NCBI RefSeq assembly: GCF_002087085.1 | Contig: NZ_MWQY01000003.1 | Coordinates: 1 to 64,000, forward strand | DNA length: 64,000 nucleotides | Reading direction: 5' to 3' | Shown: positions 1 through 11,910 of the stretch, piece after piece | Position numbering within the stretch: the first letter of the stretch is position 1 | How the letters are laid out: each line of letters opens with the position of its first letter | Program-made: the position numbers and the translations under genes | The notes under the pieces: generated by a model | What the model was told of the DNA's origin: nothing | Databases searched by the model: none | What the model saw: the letters and a program-made list of their open reading frames with translations, nothing else

Positions 1-196
1 GCGAATCCGTCAGGATTCTGCCGATAGTACGCGAAGAAGCCCGATAAAAAAAGCCTCAGCCCTTCCGTATATTCATTTGAGGGCTGGGCCCAACGAATCG
101 CAAAGCGATTCGCAAGCCAAGCGTACGGCAGGCGAATCCGTCAGGATTCTGCCGATAGTACGCGAAGAAGCCCGATAAAAAAAGCCCCATCCCTTC
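1..196. repeat. Direct repeat with 131-bp period (copies at 1-65 and 132-196) downstream of tRNA-Pro, rich in hairpins; may extend left of the window
   Basis: 1-55 is identical to 132-186 (gcgaatccgtcaggattctgccgatagtacgcgaagaagcccgataaaaaaagcc), with similarity continuing about 10 nt further. Internal inverted repeats at 57-86, 94-112 and 121-162. Confidence 0.9.
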
Positions 197-220
197 GGAT
201 GAGGCTTTTTTTATCGGGCT
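169..220 (-). terminator. Intrinsic terminator-like hairpin after tRNA-Pro, overlapping the tRNA 3' end
   Basis: 169-186 is the exact reverse complement of 203-220; inner stem 187-192/197-202; A7/T7 tracts flank the GC core. Confidence 0.75.
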
Positions 221-285
221 GGGGGGATTTGAACCCCCGACTTCTTGATCCCGAACCAAGCGCGCTCCCACTGCGCTACAGCCCG
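214..285 (-). tRNA. tRNA-Pro(CGG), CCA not encoded
   Basis: Cloverleaf: CGGGCTG/CAGCCCG acceptor, anticodon arm CTTGG-TTCGGGA-TCAAG, T-loop TTCAAAT. Confidence 0.96.
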
Positions 286-319
286 ATTTTCCCTGTTCCT
301 GGTCCAGGAAAAAAGGATA

Positions 320-393
320 CGGGAGTGACGGGACTTGAACCCGCGGTCTCCGGCTTGACAGGCCGGCGCGATAACCAGCTTCGCCACACCCCC
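320..393 (-). tRNA. tRNA-Asp(GTC), CCA not encoded
   Basis: GGGGGTG/CACTCCC acceptor, CCGGC-CTGTCAA-GCCGG anticodon arm, TTCAAGT T-loop, G73. Confidence 0.96.
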
Positions 394-408
394 GTAATTA
401 TGTGTGAG

Positions 409-437
409 AATATATAGTATGACGAAATACCTGTCAA
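409..437 (-). promoter_or_regulatory. sigma70-type promoter for tRNA-Asp/tRNA-Pro
   Basis: TTGACA-17 bp-TATATT on the minus strand, 15 nt upstream of tRNA-Asp. Confidence 0.7.
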
Positions 438-477
438 GGGCGGCCTTTTTTCAGAGCGGCGCAGCTAAATCGATTCA

Positions 478-506
478 TTGACAAAGGATAGGGCCCATGA
501 TACCGT
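478..506 (+). promoter_or_regulatory. sigma70-type promoter for the PPIase gene
   Basis: TTGACA-17 bp-TACCGT with extended -10 TGn. Confidence 0.55.
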
Positions 507-545
507 TGTGCGGTTAAATAACAACTTGATTGATGAGGAAACTTT

Positions 546-2078
546 ATGGCGAAACGGGATCCGCAACACGGCACAAAGCGGAATACTGAACTGGGCGGAA
601 AAGATCATCCGCCAAAAAGCCGCATGCATCCCTGGATGTACATCTTCAGCGTAGCAATTCTTGTTATAATAGTGGTTACCTTCATCGGCGGACCGCTTGT
701 TGGCAGTACAGCCGGTGGCGGCGGTATTGTGTTTGGAAGCTATGACGGTGAAGACATTGAATTTTATCCCGGGAACTACCTGGCACGACAGCGGGACACC
801 ATAGCCGAACGTATTGCCCAGTCCGGTATGGATACGAACCTTGAATGGATAGCATATCAGGTCTGGCGAGGTGCATATCAGAATACCGTTGTGCATACCG
901 CCGTCCTTCAGAAGGCGAAGGAGAGCGATTTACAGATACCCGGCGAAGTGATTGATCAGGCGCTAACTGCGTATCCAGCTTATCAGGAAAACGGAGAGTT
1001 CAGCCCGGCCAGGTATCGCGACACCTCAAGAACCGAAAAGGCTTCCATTCGCAAGTATTACAGAGAAGAGCTTGTAAGCAGCCAGGTCAGGAGCGATATT
1101 CTCGGTGGGGTTAATTCTTCCTCCCAGGCCGTGGATTTTATCAAGAATATGGCAACTCCGGAGCGCAGTTTTCTCTACAGCAGAATCGGATTCTCCGCCT
1201 TCCCGGATGAAATGGTGGGAAATTATGCGGAGGAGAATGCGGATCTTTTCAGAAAGATCAATCTGAGCCGCATAACCATCCAGAGCAGCGAAGAGAGTGC
1301 AAAAACCGTACATCAGCAGTTGCTTTCCGACCCGAGTCTCTTCGACGAGATTGCACGCAACCAGTCGAAGGATGCATATGCGGAAAACGGAGGCTATATC
1401 GGACAACAGTATTTCTTCTCCCTCTCCACTGAACTGGAATCCGAAGAGAAGGCAGAGGAGATATTTTCTCTCAGCAAAGGCTCGATATCAGAGATAATGT
1501 CAACTCCCTTCGGATGGGTCATCTACAAATGCAACGAAGAACCCGTTGCGGCGAACAGAACCAGTGATGAGGATATCGATACCGTTCGCAGTTACATGGA
1601 GCGCTTTGAAAAGGGCAGCATCGAGGATTACCTCATTGAACGGGGACAGGCACTTCGAGCCTCGGTCGGAGAAAACGGTCTCAGCGGACTCGAAGCTGAG
1701 GGCTGGGAAGACGGAGAGACCGCATCGTTTCCTCTGAATTACGGTAATGTGGAAATCTTTAAAAGCGTGCGTGACGCCAATCAGGATTCCGGAGCCTTTG
1801 AGGGTGCGGCCTTCAACGAGTCTTTTCTGGAAACCCTCTTTTCGCTGGAACAGGGAAGTATCAGCGAACCTCTGGTTTTGAACAATATGATCTATCTTTT
1901 TGAACTTAAAGAAGAGACCGAAATTTCAGATGAGAATCTCAGCATGCTGGAAAGCTATTACCCCTATCTGGGTCAGCAGTATGCAGAGACTGATATGAGG
2001 GCCCTTATCCTGTCCTCCGACAAGCATGAAGATAATTTTGATGCGGTATTCAGCCGCTATTTCCTGAACGGCGAGTAA
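546..2078 (+). CDS. Membrane-anchored SurA/PpiD-like chaperone with parvulin (PPIC) domain
   Basis: N-terminal TM helix, SurA-N-like region, parvulin motifs FDEIARNQSKD..ENGGYIG and ISEIMSTPFGWVIYK; RBS gagg. Confidence 0.85.
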   Translation: MAKRDPQHGTKRNTELGGKDHPPKSRMHPWMYIFSVAILVIIVVTFIGGPLVGSTAGGGGIVFGSYDGEDIEFYPGNYLARQRDTIAERIAQSGMDTNLEWIAYQVWRGAYQNTVVHTAVLQKAKESDLQIPGEVIDQALTAYPAYQENGEFSPARYRDTSRTEKASIRKYYREELVSSQVRSDILGGVNSSSQAVDFIKNMATPERSFLYSRIGFSAFPDEMVGNYAEENADLFRKINLSRITIQSSEESAKTVHQQLLSDPSLFDEIARNQSKDAYAENGGYIGQQYFFSLSTELESEEKAEEIFSLSKGSISEIMSTPFGWVIYKCNEEPVAANRTSDEDIDTVRSYMERFEKGSIEDYLIERGQALRASVGENGLSGLEAEGWEDGETASFPLNYGNVEIFKSVRDANQDSGAFEGAAFNESFLETLFSLEQGSISEPLVLNNMIYLFELKEETEISDENLSMLESYYPYLGQQYAETDMRALILSSDKHEDNFDAVFSRYFLNGE

Positions 2079-2080
2079 GA

Positions 2081-3669
2081 ATGTCCACTCCCCGACAATT
2101 AGATACCGGGTCGGGGATTACCCTGGAATATCAGGGTAGATTGCTCTATTCGCGGGTCGATCCGAAATCAAGGCCTCTTCGGATTGCCCGCGAAACAGAG
2201 CTTGAACCCGAAACCCTCTATCTTATTCCATCCCCTCTGCTTCTCTACGGAATTGAAGAACTCCTTGTACGGCTGCCCGCAAGCTCCTTTGTAGTGCTGC
2301 TGGAAAAGGAAGAGTCCCTGGAACAGCTTTCAAGAGAGGTGCTTTCTGGTAAGAAATTAAAGAATTACAGATTTCTCTTTGCAGAACGGAAAGATGCTGA
2401 AGGAATAATCGATACCCTGAACGGGCTTTCTCTTTGGCCTTTCAGACGTGTCAAACAGCTTCTTTTAAGCGGAGGGTATAATCTTAACCGTGAATACTAC
2501 TCCCAGGTTTTCAAGACCCTGGAAGAGGCAGCGCGTATATCCTACCAGGACAAGCTGACGCAGGTCTTCTTTGCCCGCCGCTGGATGAAGAATTTCTTTG
2601 CCAACCTCTTCAGCTATGAGAGCCCCCTTCCCTATACCAGCCTGCAGAGTGAAAGACCGGTGCTTGTAGCGGGGGCCGGCGAATCGCTGGAAGCTAACCT
2701 TAACCAGATCAAAGAGGCCCGGGACAGGATTTTTCTGCTTTCCGTTGACACGGCCCTGCCTTTTCTGGCCGCAAAGGGTCTTGTTCCGGATGCAGTTGTC
2801 GTTCTTGAATCCCAGTTTATCAACCTCAGGGACTTTTACGGGATTCCCACAAAGGACATCCTGTTAATCGCTGATCTTTTTTCCTACCCGAGGGTGTGGC
2901 GTCTTCCCTGGAAAAAGAAAATCGCCTTTTTCAGTCGTTTTGCACCCTTACGCTACTTCAATACTCTGGAAAAACATGCCCTGGAGGAGTATGTGCTGCC
3001 CCCCTATGGGTCGGTTGGTGTTGCTGCAGTTGCAATAGCGGCATCCATCAGTCAGAATACCGTCTACTGCAGCGGTATCGATTTTTCCTACAGGCTCGGC
3101 AAAAGCCATGCCAGGGGGACCCAGTTTCTGTTCGAGGAACTCTGCTCTTCCACCAGGGTATCTCCTGCGGGTTTATTTGTTCCTTTCTTCAAGCGTCCCC
3201 TGCTCCGCACCACGGGGAAGGTTTCGAAGGTCCTCAGCGACCTGATTCTTCTCAATTACCGTTTGACCCTCAAGAATTTTATCCGCGGGTCGGAAAATAT
3301 CTACGACTTGAATCCCCTGGGTCTGGATATCGGGGCAACGTATACGGACAGGATCGATGTTTCGGAAGTCTCCCCACAGACTCCGGTATGCAGGGAGACT
3401 TCCTTCAGAAATGTTTCGTTCAGCTGGAAGTATCTGCTGCGACAGGAGCATGATATGCTCTCCCGTATATACACCAGCGGGCTGCGTTACCTGAAGGGAG
3501 AATCAGTGGATACAGACTTTTTCGGCCTCATCGAAGAACGGGATTACCTGACTGCCCATTTTCCGGACAACCTGCACAAGCTGCCTCGAAATCCCGCTTT
3601 TGCCAAACGCCTTCTGCTGGCCGTTGAAGGGTACCGGATTTATCTGTCCAGGCTGCTCGGCATACCTTC

Positions 3670-3673
<4 letters not shown>
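2081..3673 (+). CDS. MptE-like / motility-associated factor (Maf, DUF115) family protein
   Basis: Motifs [48 protein letters not shown]. Confidence 0.7.
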
Positions 3674-5481
<1,808 letters not shown>

Positions 5482-5488
5482 TGAGGGT

Positions 5489-5518
5489 ACTATATCCTAA
5501 CGAGGCCGGTTACTTCAA
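5489..5518 (-). promoter_or_regulatory. sigma70-type promoter for lepA, leaderless geometry
   Basis: TTGAAG-18 bp-TATAGT-7 nt-ATG; no Shine-Dalgarno between -10 and ATG. Confidence 0.6.
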
Positions 5519-7416
5519 TCCTGGGAATCGAGAACAGTGCGCACCAAGCGTAATAATTCTTCTGGTTTGAAGGGCTTGGACAATATTGCATCCGTTTCAA
5601 GTTTTTCGGAATTCACCCTCTTCATGTATCCGGACATTATTATACTCGGCAGGCCGGGAACGATACTGCGCAACCTGAGAATCAGCTGATCCCCCGTCAT
5701 GTGGGGCATTATATAGTCGGTAATGAGCAGCTGTATTTCGGAGCCATTCTGCTCACAGATTAGCAGGGCTTCTCCGGCGTTTCCTGCTTCGACTACCGAA
5801 TACCCCGCCCTCTTCAGAATACTCATTGCAACGGCTCTGACTGCGTTGTCATCTTCCACCAGAAGGATATTCTCGCTGCCCACATATTTTTCTATTTCGG
5901 GTATATCAATCTGCTCCTTTCTCAGCAGTTTGTCGGTAACCGGGAAAAAAATCTGAAAGCTGGTCCCCTTGTTTATCTGACTCCGGACGTTGATAAAACC
6001 CCGGCTCTGCTTTACTATCCCGTATACCGTCGACAAGCCCAGGCCCGTACCTTTATCTGCCGGTTTTGTGGTAAAAAAAGGTTCGAATATGAGACTGAGC
6101 TGATCCTCAGGAATCCCCTTTCCATTGTCTTCGACTTCAATCACGCAGTAATCTCCCTCGGGGATCGAACCAAGAGGGCTGGCTATGGGCTCCGTCAGCC
6201 GCTCATTACGGCTTTCAATGGTCAGTTTTCCCCTGGCGCCCATGGCATCCCGTGCATTAACCACCATGTTCAGAAGAACCTGTTCGATCTGTCCGGGATC
6301 CACATAAATCTTAGGGTTTTCGGCAGCGGCAAATATGCTTAAGTTTATGTCCTCATGAACAAGGCGTCGAAGCATTTTTTCCAGATCGTTTATCAGCACG
6401 TTTGTATCAACGACCTCGGGATTAAGCACCTGCTGCCGTGAAAAGGCCAGAAGCTGCCGTGTCAGCCGAGTGGCTTTGCCGGCCGCTGTTCTTATACCTT
6501 CCAGTTCGTTCTCAAGAGGCTCGTTTTCCAGATACTTTTCGTTGACCAGGGTAATGTACCCCAGTATAACCGTAAGCAGGTTGTTGAAATCATGGGCGAT
6601 ACCCCCGGCCATTCTGCCGATGGCTTCCATCTTCTGAGCCTGCCTCAACTGTTCCTCGAGACTCTTTATCTCGGTGGTATCAATTAGATATCCATGCAGA
6701 TTCTGAAGATTTCCCTCTTCATCAAAATTGCCCACCATATTTCCCAGAACCGCAGCGACGCTTCCGTCCTGCCGGAGGATTTCGAACTCCTGCAGCCGTA
6801 TTACCCCTTCTTCTCTTAACGCTTCCCACCGCTCTTCATGACGTTTCGTCTCAGAAAAAAGAGTATTGATATTAAGTCCAAATACATCTTCCCTGGACCT
6901 GAATCCGAAGAGAGACAGAAACGCTGGATTACAGTCCAGAATTTTCCCCTCTCCGTCGGCAATAAAGTCCCCGGACAGGTCTTCTTCAAAGAGCCTCCGG
7001 TATCTTTCTTCGCTTTCGTGAAGTCTGACCTCCATCCGATGTCTGTACAGGGCCATTTCTATGGTTGTCTTCAGTTCCCGTTCATTAAAGGGCTTCAGGA
7101 TATAGCCGAAAGGTCCGCTCATCTTTGCCCTGTCCAGGGTCTGGTCATCCGCAAAGGCTGTAAGAAGAATCACCGGCCGATGATACTTTTCTCTGATAAT
7201 CCTGGAGGCCTCGATACCATCCATATTGCCGTGTATCTTGATGTCCATCAGCACAAGGTCGGGAACCTGTCTGTTAATCTCGCTGAAAGCTGCTTCTGCA
7301 GACGAGACAGGTCCCATGGTCCCGTAGCCGAATCGTAAAAGATGGTTTTTTATATCAAGAGCAACTATTGATTCATCTTCAACGACCAGAATGACCGCAG
7401 TACCGTCCTTTTTCAT
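5515..7416 (-). CDS. Hybrid sensor kinase: REC-PAS-HisKA-HATPase-REC
   Basis: N-terminal REC (VVEDE..LMDI), H-box IAHDFNNLL, N-box VNARDAM, DNGKG, FEPFFTTK..GTGLGL, C-terminal REC (LITDYIMP). Confidence 0.93.
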   Translation of the reverse strand: MKKDGTAVILVVEDESIVALDIKNHLLRFGYGTMGPVSSAEAAFSEINRQVPDLVLMDIKIHGNMDGIEASRIIREKYHRPVILLTAFADDQTLDRAKMSGPFGYILKPFNERELKTTIEMALYRHRMEVRLHESEERYRRLFEEDLSGDFIADGEGKILDCNPAFLSLFGFRSREDVFGLNINTLFSETKRHEERWEALREEGVIRLQEFEILRQDGSVAAVLGNMVGNFDEEGNLQNLHGYLIDTTEIKSLEEQLRQAQKMEAIGRMAGGIAHDFNNLLTVILGYITLVNEKYLENEPLENELEGIRTAAGKATRLTRQLLAFSRQQVLNPEVVDTNVLINDLEKMLRRLVHEDINLSIFAAAENPKIYVDPGQIEQVLLNMVVNARDAMGARGKLTIESRNERLTEPIASPLGSIPEGDYCVIEVEDNGKGIPEDQLSLIFEPFFTTKPADKGTGLGLSTVYGIVKQSRGFINVRSQINKGTSFQIFFPVTDKLLRKEQIDIPEIEKYVGSENILLVEDDNAVRAVAMSILKRAGYSVVEAGNAGEALLICEQNGSEIQLLITDYIMPHMTGDQLILRLRSIVPGLPSIIMSGYMKRVNSEKLETDAILSKPFKPEELLRLVRTVLDSQD

Positions 7417-7449
7417 TACATCCTCGAATTATAAAATATTTTTATCTGT

Positions 7450-8103
7450 TCAGCGAACATTCGTCAGATACCATTCCACGGCGTACTGCATCAATTCAGT
7501 GCTGTTTTTTAAGGAAAGTTTCTGTTTCAGATGAGATTTATAGGTCTCGATAGTCTTGATACTCAGGTTCAGATCTTCGGCAATGGTTTTGGTGCTTTCC
7601 CCGCGGCCAACCGCCTGCAGCACCTGCAGTTCCCTGTCGCTCAGATACTCTTCAATCTTTTTATCCTTTCGCAGGTTTCCCCCCGATGTTATGGAATGCA
7701 GGAGACGATTTCGCATACTGTCACTCAGGTAAATATCACCCCGCAAAACCGCGCGTATGGCCGTCATGACATTCTCGGTCGCTTCGGCCTTCATGATAAA
7801 ACCCTTTGCCCCCGCCCTGAGGGAACGCTCTGCATATACTGATTCCTCATGCAGAGAGATTACGAGCATCAGAAAGTCGGGATAAATCCGGGACAGATCC
7901 TTAATTAATTCTATGCCGTTGGAATTCTTTAAAGACAGATCGATGAGTGCCAGATCAGGTTGTAATTTTTCAATCAGTTCAAAGGCCCCGGCAGCATCTT
8001 CAGCCTCACCCACCACAATCAGGTCGTCCTCCTGATTGATCAACTGTGTAAAGCCCTGTCGGACAATGGGATGATCGTCAATAATAACAATCCTCTTTTT
8101 CAC
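7450..8103 (-). CDS. NarL/FixJ-family response regulator (REC + LuxR HTH)
   Basis: IIDDHPIVRQG, LIDLSL, LSDRELQVL..IAEDLNLSIKTIETY; GTG start. Confidence 0.95.
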   Translation of the reverse strand: MKKRIVIIDDHPIVRQGFTQLINQEDDLIVVGEAEDAAGAFELIEKLQPDLALIDLSLKNSNGIELIKDLSRIYPDFLMLVISLHEESVYAERSLRAGAKGFIMKAEATENVMTAIRAVLRGDIYLSDSMRNRLLHSITSGGNLRKDKKIEEYLSDRELQVLQAVGRGESTKTIAEDLNLSIKTIETYKSHLKQKLSLKNSTELMQYAVEWYLTNVR

Positions 8104-8121
8104 GCCCTTACCACCTGCTTA

Positions 8122-9915
8122 TTACTGTGTTATAGGGACCCTGCATATAACAGCAGTACCCCAGCCTTCGTTACCTATTATCGACAGGTGTCCCCCTACC
8201 ATGTTAGCCCGATACTGCATGATTCTCAATCCCAGACCGGACGTGCTTTCTTCTGATATCCCATTGCCGTTGTCACGAATTGTCAACACAATCTCCGTTG
8301 TATCCTGCTCCAGGGAAACGATAATGCTTGTTCCGCCGGCGTGCTTGATTGCGTTGGTTAAGGCCTCCTGACATATATGATAAAGCTGAACCTCCGCAAT
8401 GGGCTGAAGGTCGACAGGATCACGATGACCTTCAAAGGAGGTTGCCACACCGTACATTGACTGGCAGTAGAGACTCAGCTCCTGAAGAGCTTCTACAAGT
8501 CCGTTGGTCTGCAGTGTTACGGGAATTAGCCCCTTTGCCATTTCCCGCGTCTGTTCCACCGTGTTTCTCACAATCTGCTGAATATCCCGGGCATCCTCGA
8601 CACAAGTACTGTCCTTCTCTTTCAGAAGTTTACCTTCCAGTGCCTTTACCCGAAGAAGGATACCCGTTAATTGCTGTCCCAGGCTGTCATGAAGATCCTG
8701 TCCTATCCGTGATCGCTCGCGGTCCTCGATTTCCAGGATTTCCTTTTCCAGCTGTTTGCGCTTGCTCATGTCCCGGGCGATAAGCGAAACTGCAATCAGG
8801 TTTCCCCGGGAGTCCCTGATGGGAGAGATCTTTACAGACATGTCTATAATACCCCCGTCCTTACGGGCCCGCAGAGTTTCGTAATGGTCAATAAGCTCTC
8901 CATTGCGTATTCTGTCGAGCATTTCGGGGATCTCGTTGGGGTAGAAATCGGGAACGAGAATCGAAAGATTCTTACCCCGGACCTCGCTCTGATCGTATCC
9001 GAACAGGATCCGGGCTCCCCGGTTCCAGCTTATTATGGTGCCTTCGGGCGTTGAACCGATTATTGCATCTTCGGAGGTCTCTACAATGGAGGCAAGACGT
9101 GACTGCATCTCCTGAACCTGGTACTCCTCCTCGATGTTGCGAAGAATCACAATGTATCCGGAAATCTTCTCATGTTCATTTTTCAGAACTGATACGGTAC
9201 AAAAAACGTGGAAACGGCTCTGCTCCAGAACAAAGAAATATCTTCCTGAGACTTCTCCGGTATTCTCATAGGAAGAAAAATCCAGGGGATCCGGAGGATT
9301 CTCCTCGAAAGTGTTCTCTATTCTGACAGGCAGGTCCCGGGTCGAACGCCCCACATAATCATCCTGTTTTAGATCGAGCATTCTGCAGGCGGCTATGTTA
9401 ATCAGCTGGATCTTCCCCTCTTTATCGCAGGAAATGACTCCGTCGGAGATTCCGCTGAAGGTGGTGGAAAGCAGGCGTTCGCTTTCAAGAATTTTCTTTT
9501 CCATATCATGACGGTCCAGAGCCATCTCAATGGAGAAGAAAAGATCATTCTGGTCAAAGGATTTGATGATATACCCGTAGGGACGGGTATTCTTTGCACG
9601 GGAGAGGGTATCCACATCAGAATAGGCAGAAATATAGATAACAGGGATCCTGTGCGTCTGCTGGATAATCTCCGCCACCTGTATTCCGTCAAGTTCTCCC
9701 TTCAGGTGAATATCCATCAGGATAAGATCGGGTTTGACTTCATTCAGAAAACTCAACACTTCCGGACCGTTATCCTGGGTATCGAGTACGATATACCCCA
9801 GGGAATCCAGAATATTGCAGATATCAATCGCCAGAATGGCTTCATCTTCCACAACAAGAATACGAGGAGGATCTGTCCTGGGTTGAATCTCTATATTGTC
9901 ATGATGCTCCTGCAT
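8122..9915 (-). CDS. Cytoplasmic histidine kinase: REC-PAS-PAS-HisKA_3-HATPase
   Basis: REC (VVEDE..LMDI), two PAS repeats, ERSRIGQDLHDSLGQ, QEALTNAIKHA, DNGNG, GLGL; no TM segment. Confidence 0.93.
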   Translation of the reverse strand: MQEHHDNIEIQPRTDPPRILVVEDEAILAIDICNILDSLGYIVLDTQDNGPEVLSFLNEVKPDLILMDIHLKGELDGIQVAEIIQQTHRIPVIYISAYSDVDTLSRAKNTRPYGYIIKSFDQNDLFFSIEMALDRHDMEKKILESERLLSTTFSGISDGVISCDKEGKIQLINIAACRMLDLKQDDYVGRSTRDLPVRIENTFEENPPDPLDFSSYENTGEVSGRYFFVLEQSRFHVFCTVSVLKNEHEKISGYIVILRNIEEEYQVQEMQSRLASIVETSEDAIIGSTPEGTIISWNRGARILFGYDQSEVRGKNLSILVPDFYPNEIPEMLDRIRNGELIDHYETLRARKDGGIIDMSVKISPIRDSRGNLIAVSLIARDMSKRKQLEKEILEIEDRERSRIGQDLHDSLGQQLTGILLRVKALEGKLLKEKDSTCVEDARDIQQIVRNTVEQTREMAKGLIPVTLQTNGLVEALQELSLYCQSMYGVATSFEGHRDPVDLQPIAEVQLYHICQEALTNAIKHAGGTSIIVSLEQDTTEIVLTIRDNGNGISEESTSGLGLRIMQYRANMVGGHLSIIGNEGWGTAVICRVPITQ

Positions 9916-9921
9916 AGAAGA

Positions 9922-10998
9922 TTATTTCCGCTTATCGCTTTTTAGAATTTCCGCCGCAATACGGTTGAGGGGCAGAATAAGATCTACGGCGTTGCGTTTA
10001 ACAGCCTCTTGGGGCATTCCGTAGACGACACAGCTCTCCTCGTCCTGGGCAATTGTATAGGCTCCGTTCTGATGCATTTCAAGCATCCCGCGGGCACCGT
10101 CATCACCCATTCCCGTCATTATAATGCCTATTGCATTCTTTCCGGCATAACGGGCAACAGAGCGGAAAAGGACATCCACTGAAGGACGGTGACGACAGAC
10201 AAGAGGTCCGTCCTTTACTTCCACATAGTAACGGGCCCCGCTGCGCTTCAGAAGGGTATGTTTGTTTCCCGGGGCAATGAGTACCCGTCCCCGAAGCACA
10301 GAGTCATTGTTTTCCGCTTCTTTTACACCCACGCTGCAGATGGAATCGAGACGCTTGGCAAAGGCGGCGGTAAAGTGTTCAGGCATATGCTGGACAACCA
10401 CCATCCCCGGTGCATCCACCGGCAGAGCCTCAAGGACCTCCCGCAGGGCTTCGGTACCACCCGTAGAGGCACCCACCGCGACAACCAGCTCGGTTGTTTC
10501 GATTCTAACATGCTCTTTTCCCAGCGGCAGAACAGCATCGGCGGTCAGTTTGGCAGACACCTCAGGTTTGGGCTTGAATTTTCTGGTTTTTGCCATGTGG
10601 GCAGCCCGGACGACGTCCGCAATGCGAAGCCGTGATTCAGTAAGAAACTGTTTTGTTCCCAGTTGAGGTTTCCTGATTATTTCGACAGCTCCGTAATCAA
10701 GGGCATTAAGAACATTCTGGGAGCCCTCTTCAGCTTTACTGGAGCAGATAACCACAGGAATGGGAAACTGCTGCATCAGTTTCTTCAGGAAGGTGAGGCC
10801 GTCCATTCGGGGCATCTCAATATCCAGAATTATTACATCGGGTATCTCTTTTTCCAGTTTCTTGGCGGCAATAATCGGATCCGAGGCCGTCCCCATAATT
10901 TCTATATCTTTCTCCGATCCAAGAATCTCGGACAGAGTCTGCCTCACAACCGCTGAATCATCGACAATTAAAACCTTTATACTGGTGGCTTCAGACAT
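9922..10998 (-). CDS. cheB: Chemotaxis methylesterase response regulator CheB
   Basis: REC domain plus [28 protein letters not shown]. Confidence 0.98.
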   Translation of the reverse strand: MSEATSIKVLIVDDSAVVRQTLSEILGSEKDIEIMGTASDPIIAAKKLEKEIPDVIILDIEMPRMDGLTFLKKLMQQFPIPVVICSSKAEEGSQNVLNALDYGAVEIIRKPQLGTKQFLTESRLRIADVVRAAHMAKTRKFKPKPEVSAKLTADAVLPLGKEHVRIETTELVVAVGASTGGTEALREVLEALPVDAPGMVVVQHMPEHFTAAFAKRLDSICSVGVKEAENNDSVLRGRVLIAPGNKHTLLKRSGARYYVEVKDGPLVCRHRPSVDVLFRSVARYAGKNAIGIIMTGMGDDGARGMLEMHQNGAYTIAQDEESCVVYGMPQEAVKRNAVDLILPLNRIAAEILKSDKRK

Positions 10999-11025
10999 TT
11001 GTTAAAATCTCCCGATTGTAAGGAC

Positions 11026-11910
11026 TCATGCAAGTTTCCGGAAATTGTTTTTAAGGGCATCGGAGCTTTTTTTATATACAGTAGCCGCAACGTTATGAAG
11101 GTCAGTTTCGATTCCGGTCAGGGATTCAGAATGCCCGAGAAAAAGATACCCGCCGGGTTTCAGATGTTCGCAGAGTTTAGATATAATCTTTTGTTGAGTC
11201 GGCTTCTCAAAGTAGATCATTACATTTCTAAAAAATATCACATCGAGATTCTTTGGCAGGGGGTACTTTTCACTGAGAAGGTTCAGTTGATAAAATCTGA
11301 TTTTTCCCCGGAGTTCCGGCTTAATTCTGACCTGACTCCTTGCACTGTCCCGGCTCTTCAAAAAGTATCTCTTTATAAGATCCATGGGCAGGTTTTCAAT
11401 TCTTGGATATTCATAAATACCGGAACGGGCGTTTTCAAGAACACGGGAAGAAATATCGGACGCGAAGATTTCGTAGACAAAACGCCGGTTCTGCCGAAAG
11501 TACTCCTCCATGACCATTGCGATCGTGTAGGGTTCTTCTCCCGTCGAACACCCGCACGACCAGATCCGAAAAACCTCGCCGGATGCAGCGGAGAACTTCG
11601 TCAGTACTGAAGAAGACAAAAAATCAAAGTGTCCGGGTTCGCGATAGAAATCAGTTTTGTTTGTGGTAATCAGATCCACAAACTCCTGGATGTGTTTTTT
11701 CCCCTCGTTGCTGTCAAAAAGAAAATCACAATAATCGCTGAAACCTGATTTTCCAAGCCTTATAATATGCTTGCGCAGTCGGGACTCAACCATAACCTGC
11801 TTTGCCGCGGGCAGACGAATACCAAGGTTTTTTTCAACATAGGTTTTGATTCGAAGAAAGTCTTTACTGCTCAGTCCCGGCAGGGGAGCTAATGTATTAC
11901 CCTGCTGCAT
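11026..11910 (-). CDS. cheR: Chemotaxis methyltransferase CheR
   Basis: TTNKTDFYRE..HF, IWSCGCSTGEEPYTIAM, FFRNVMIYF, LFLGHSESL. Confidence 0.97.
   Translation of the reverse strand: MQQGNTLAPLPGLSSKDFLRIKTYVEKNLGIRLPAAKQVMVESRLRKHIIRLGKSGFSDYCDFLFDSNEGKKHIQEFVDLITTNKTDFYREPGHFDFLSSSVLTKFSAASGEVFRIWSCGCSTGEEPYTIAMVMEEYFRQNRRFVYEIFASDISSRVLENARSGIYEYPRIENLPMDLIKRYFLKSRDSARSQVRIKPELRGKIRFYQLNLLSEKYPLPKNLDVIFFRNVMIYFEKPTQQKIISKLCEHLKPGGYLFLGHSESLTGIETDLHNVAATVYKKSSDALKNNFRKLA

Noticed and set aside
1..196. CRISPR array
   Set aside because: Only two copies are visible, the repeat is at least 55 nt, the intervening sequence is itself structured, and there are no cas genes in the window.
56..417. 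Short ORFs 56..271 and 199..417
   Set aside because: They overlap tRNA-Pro, tRNA-Asp and the repeat; translations of structural RNA.
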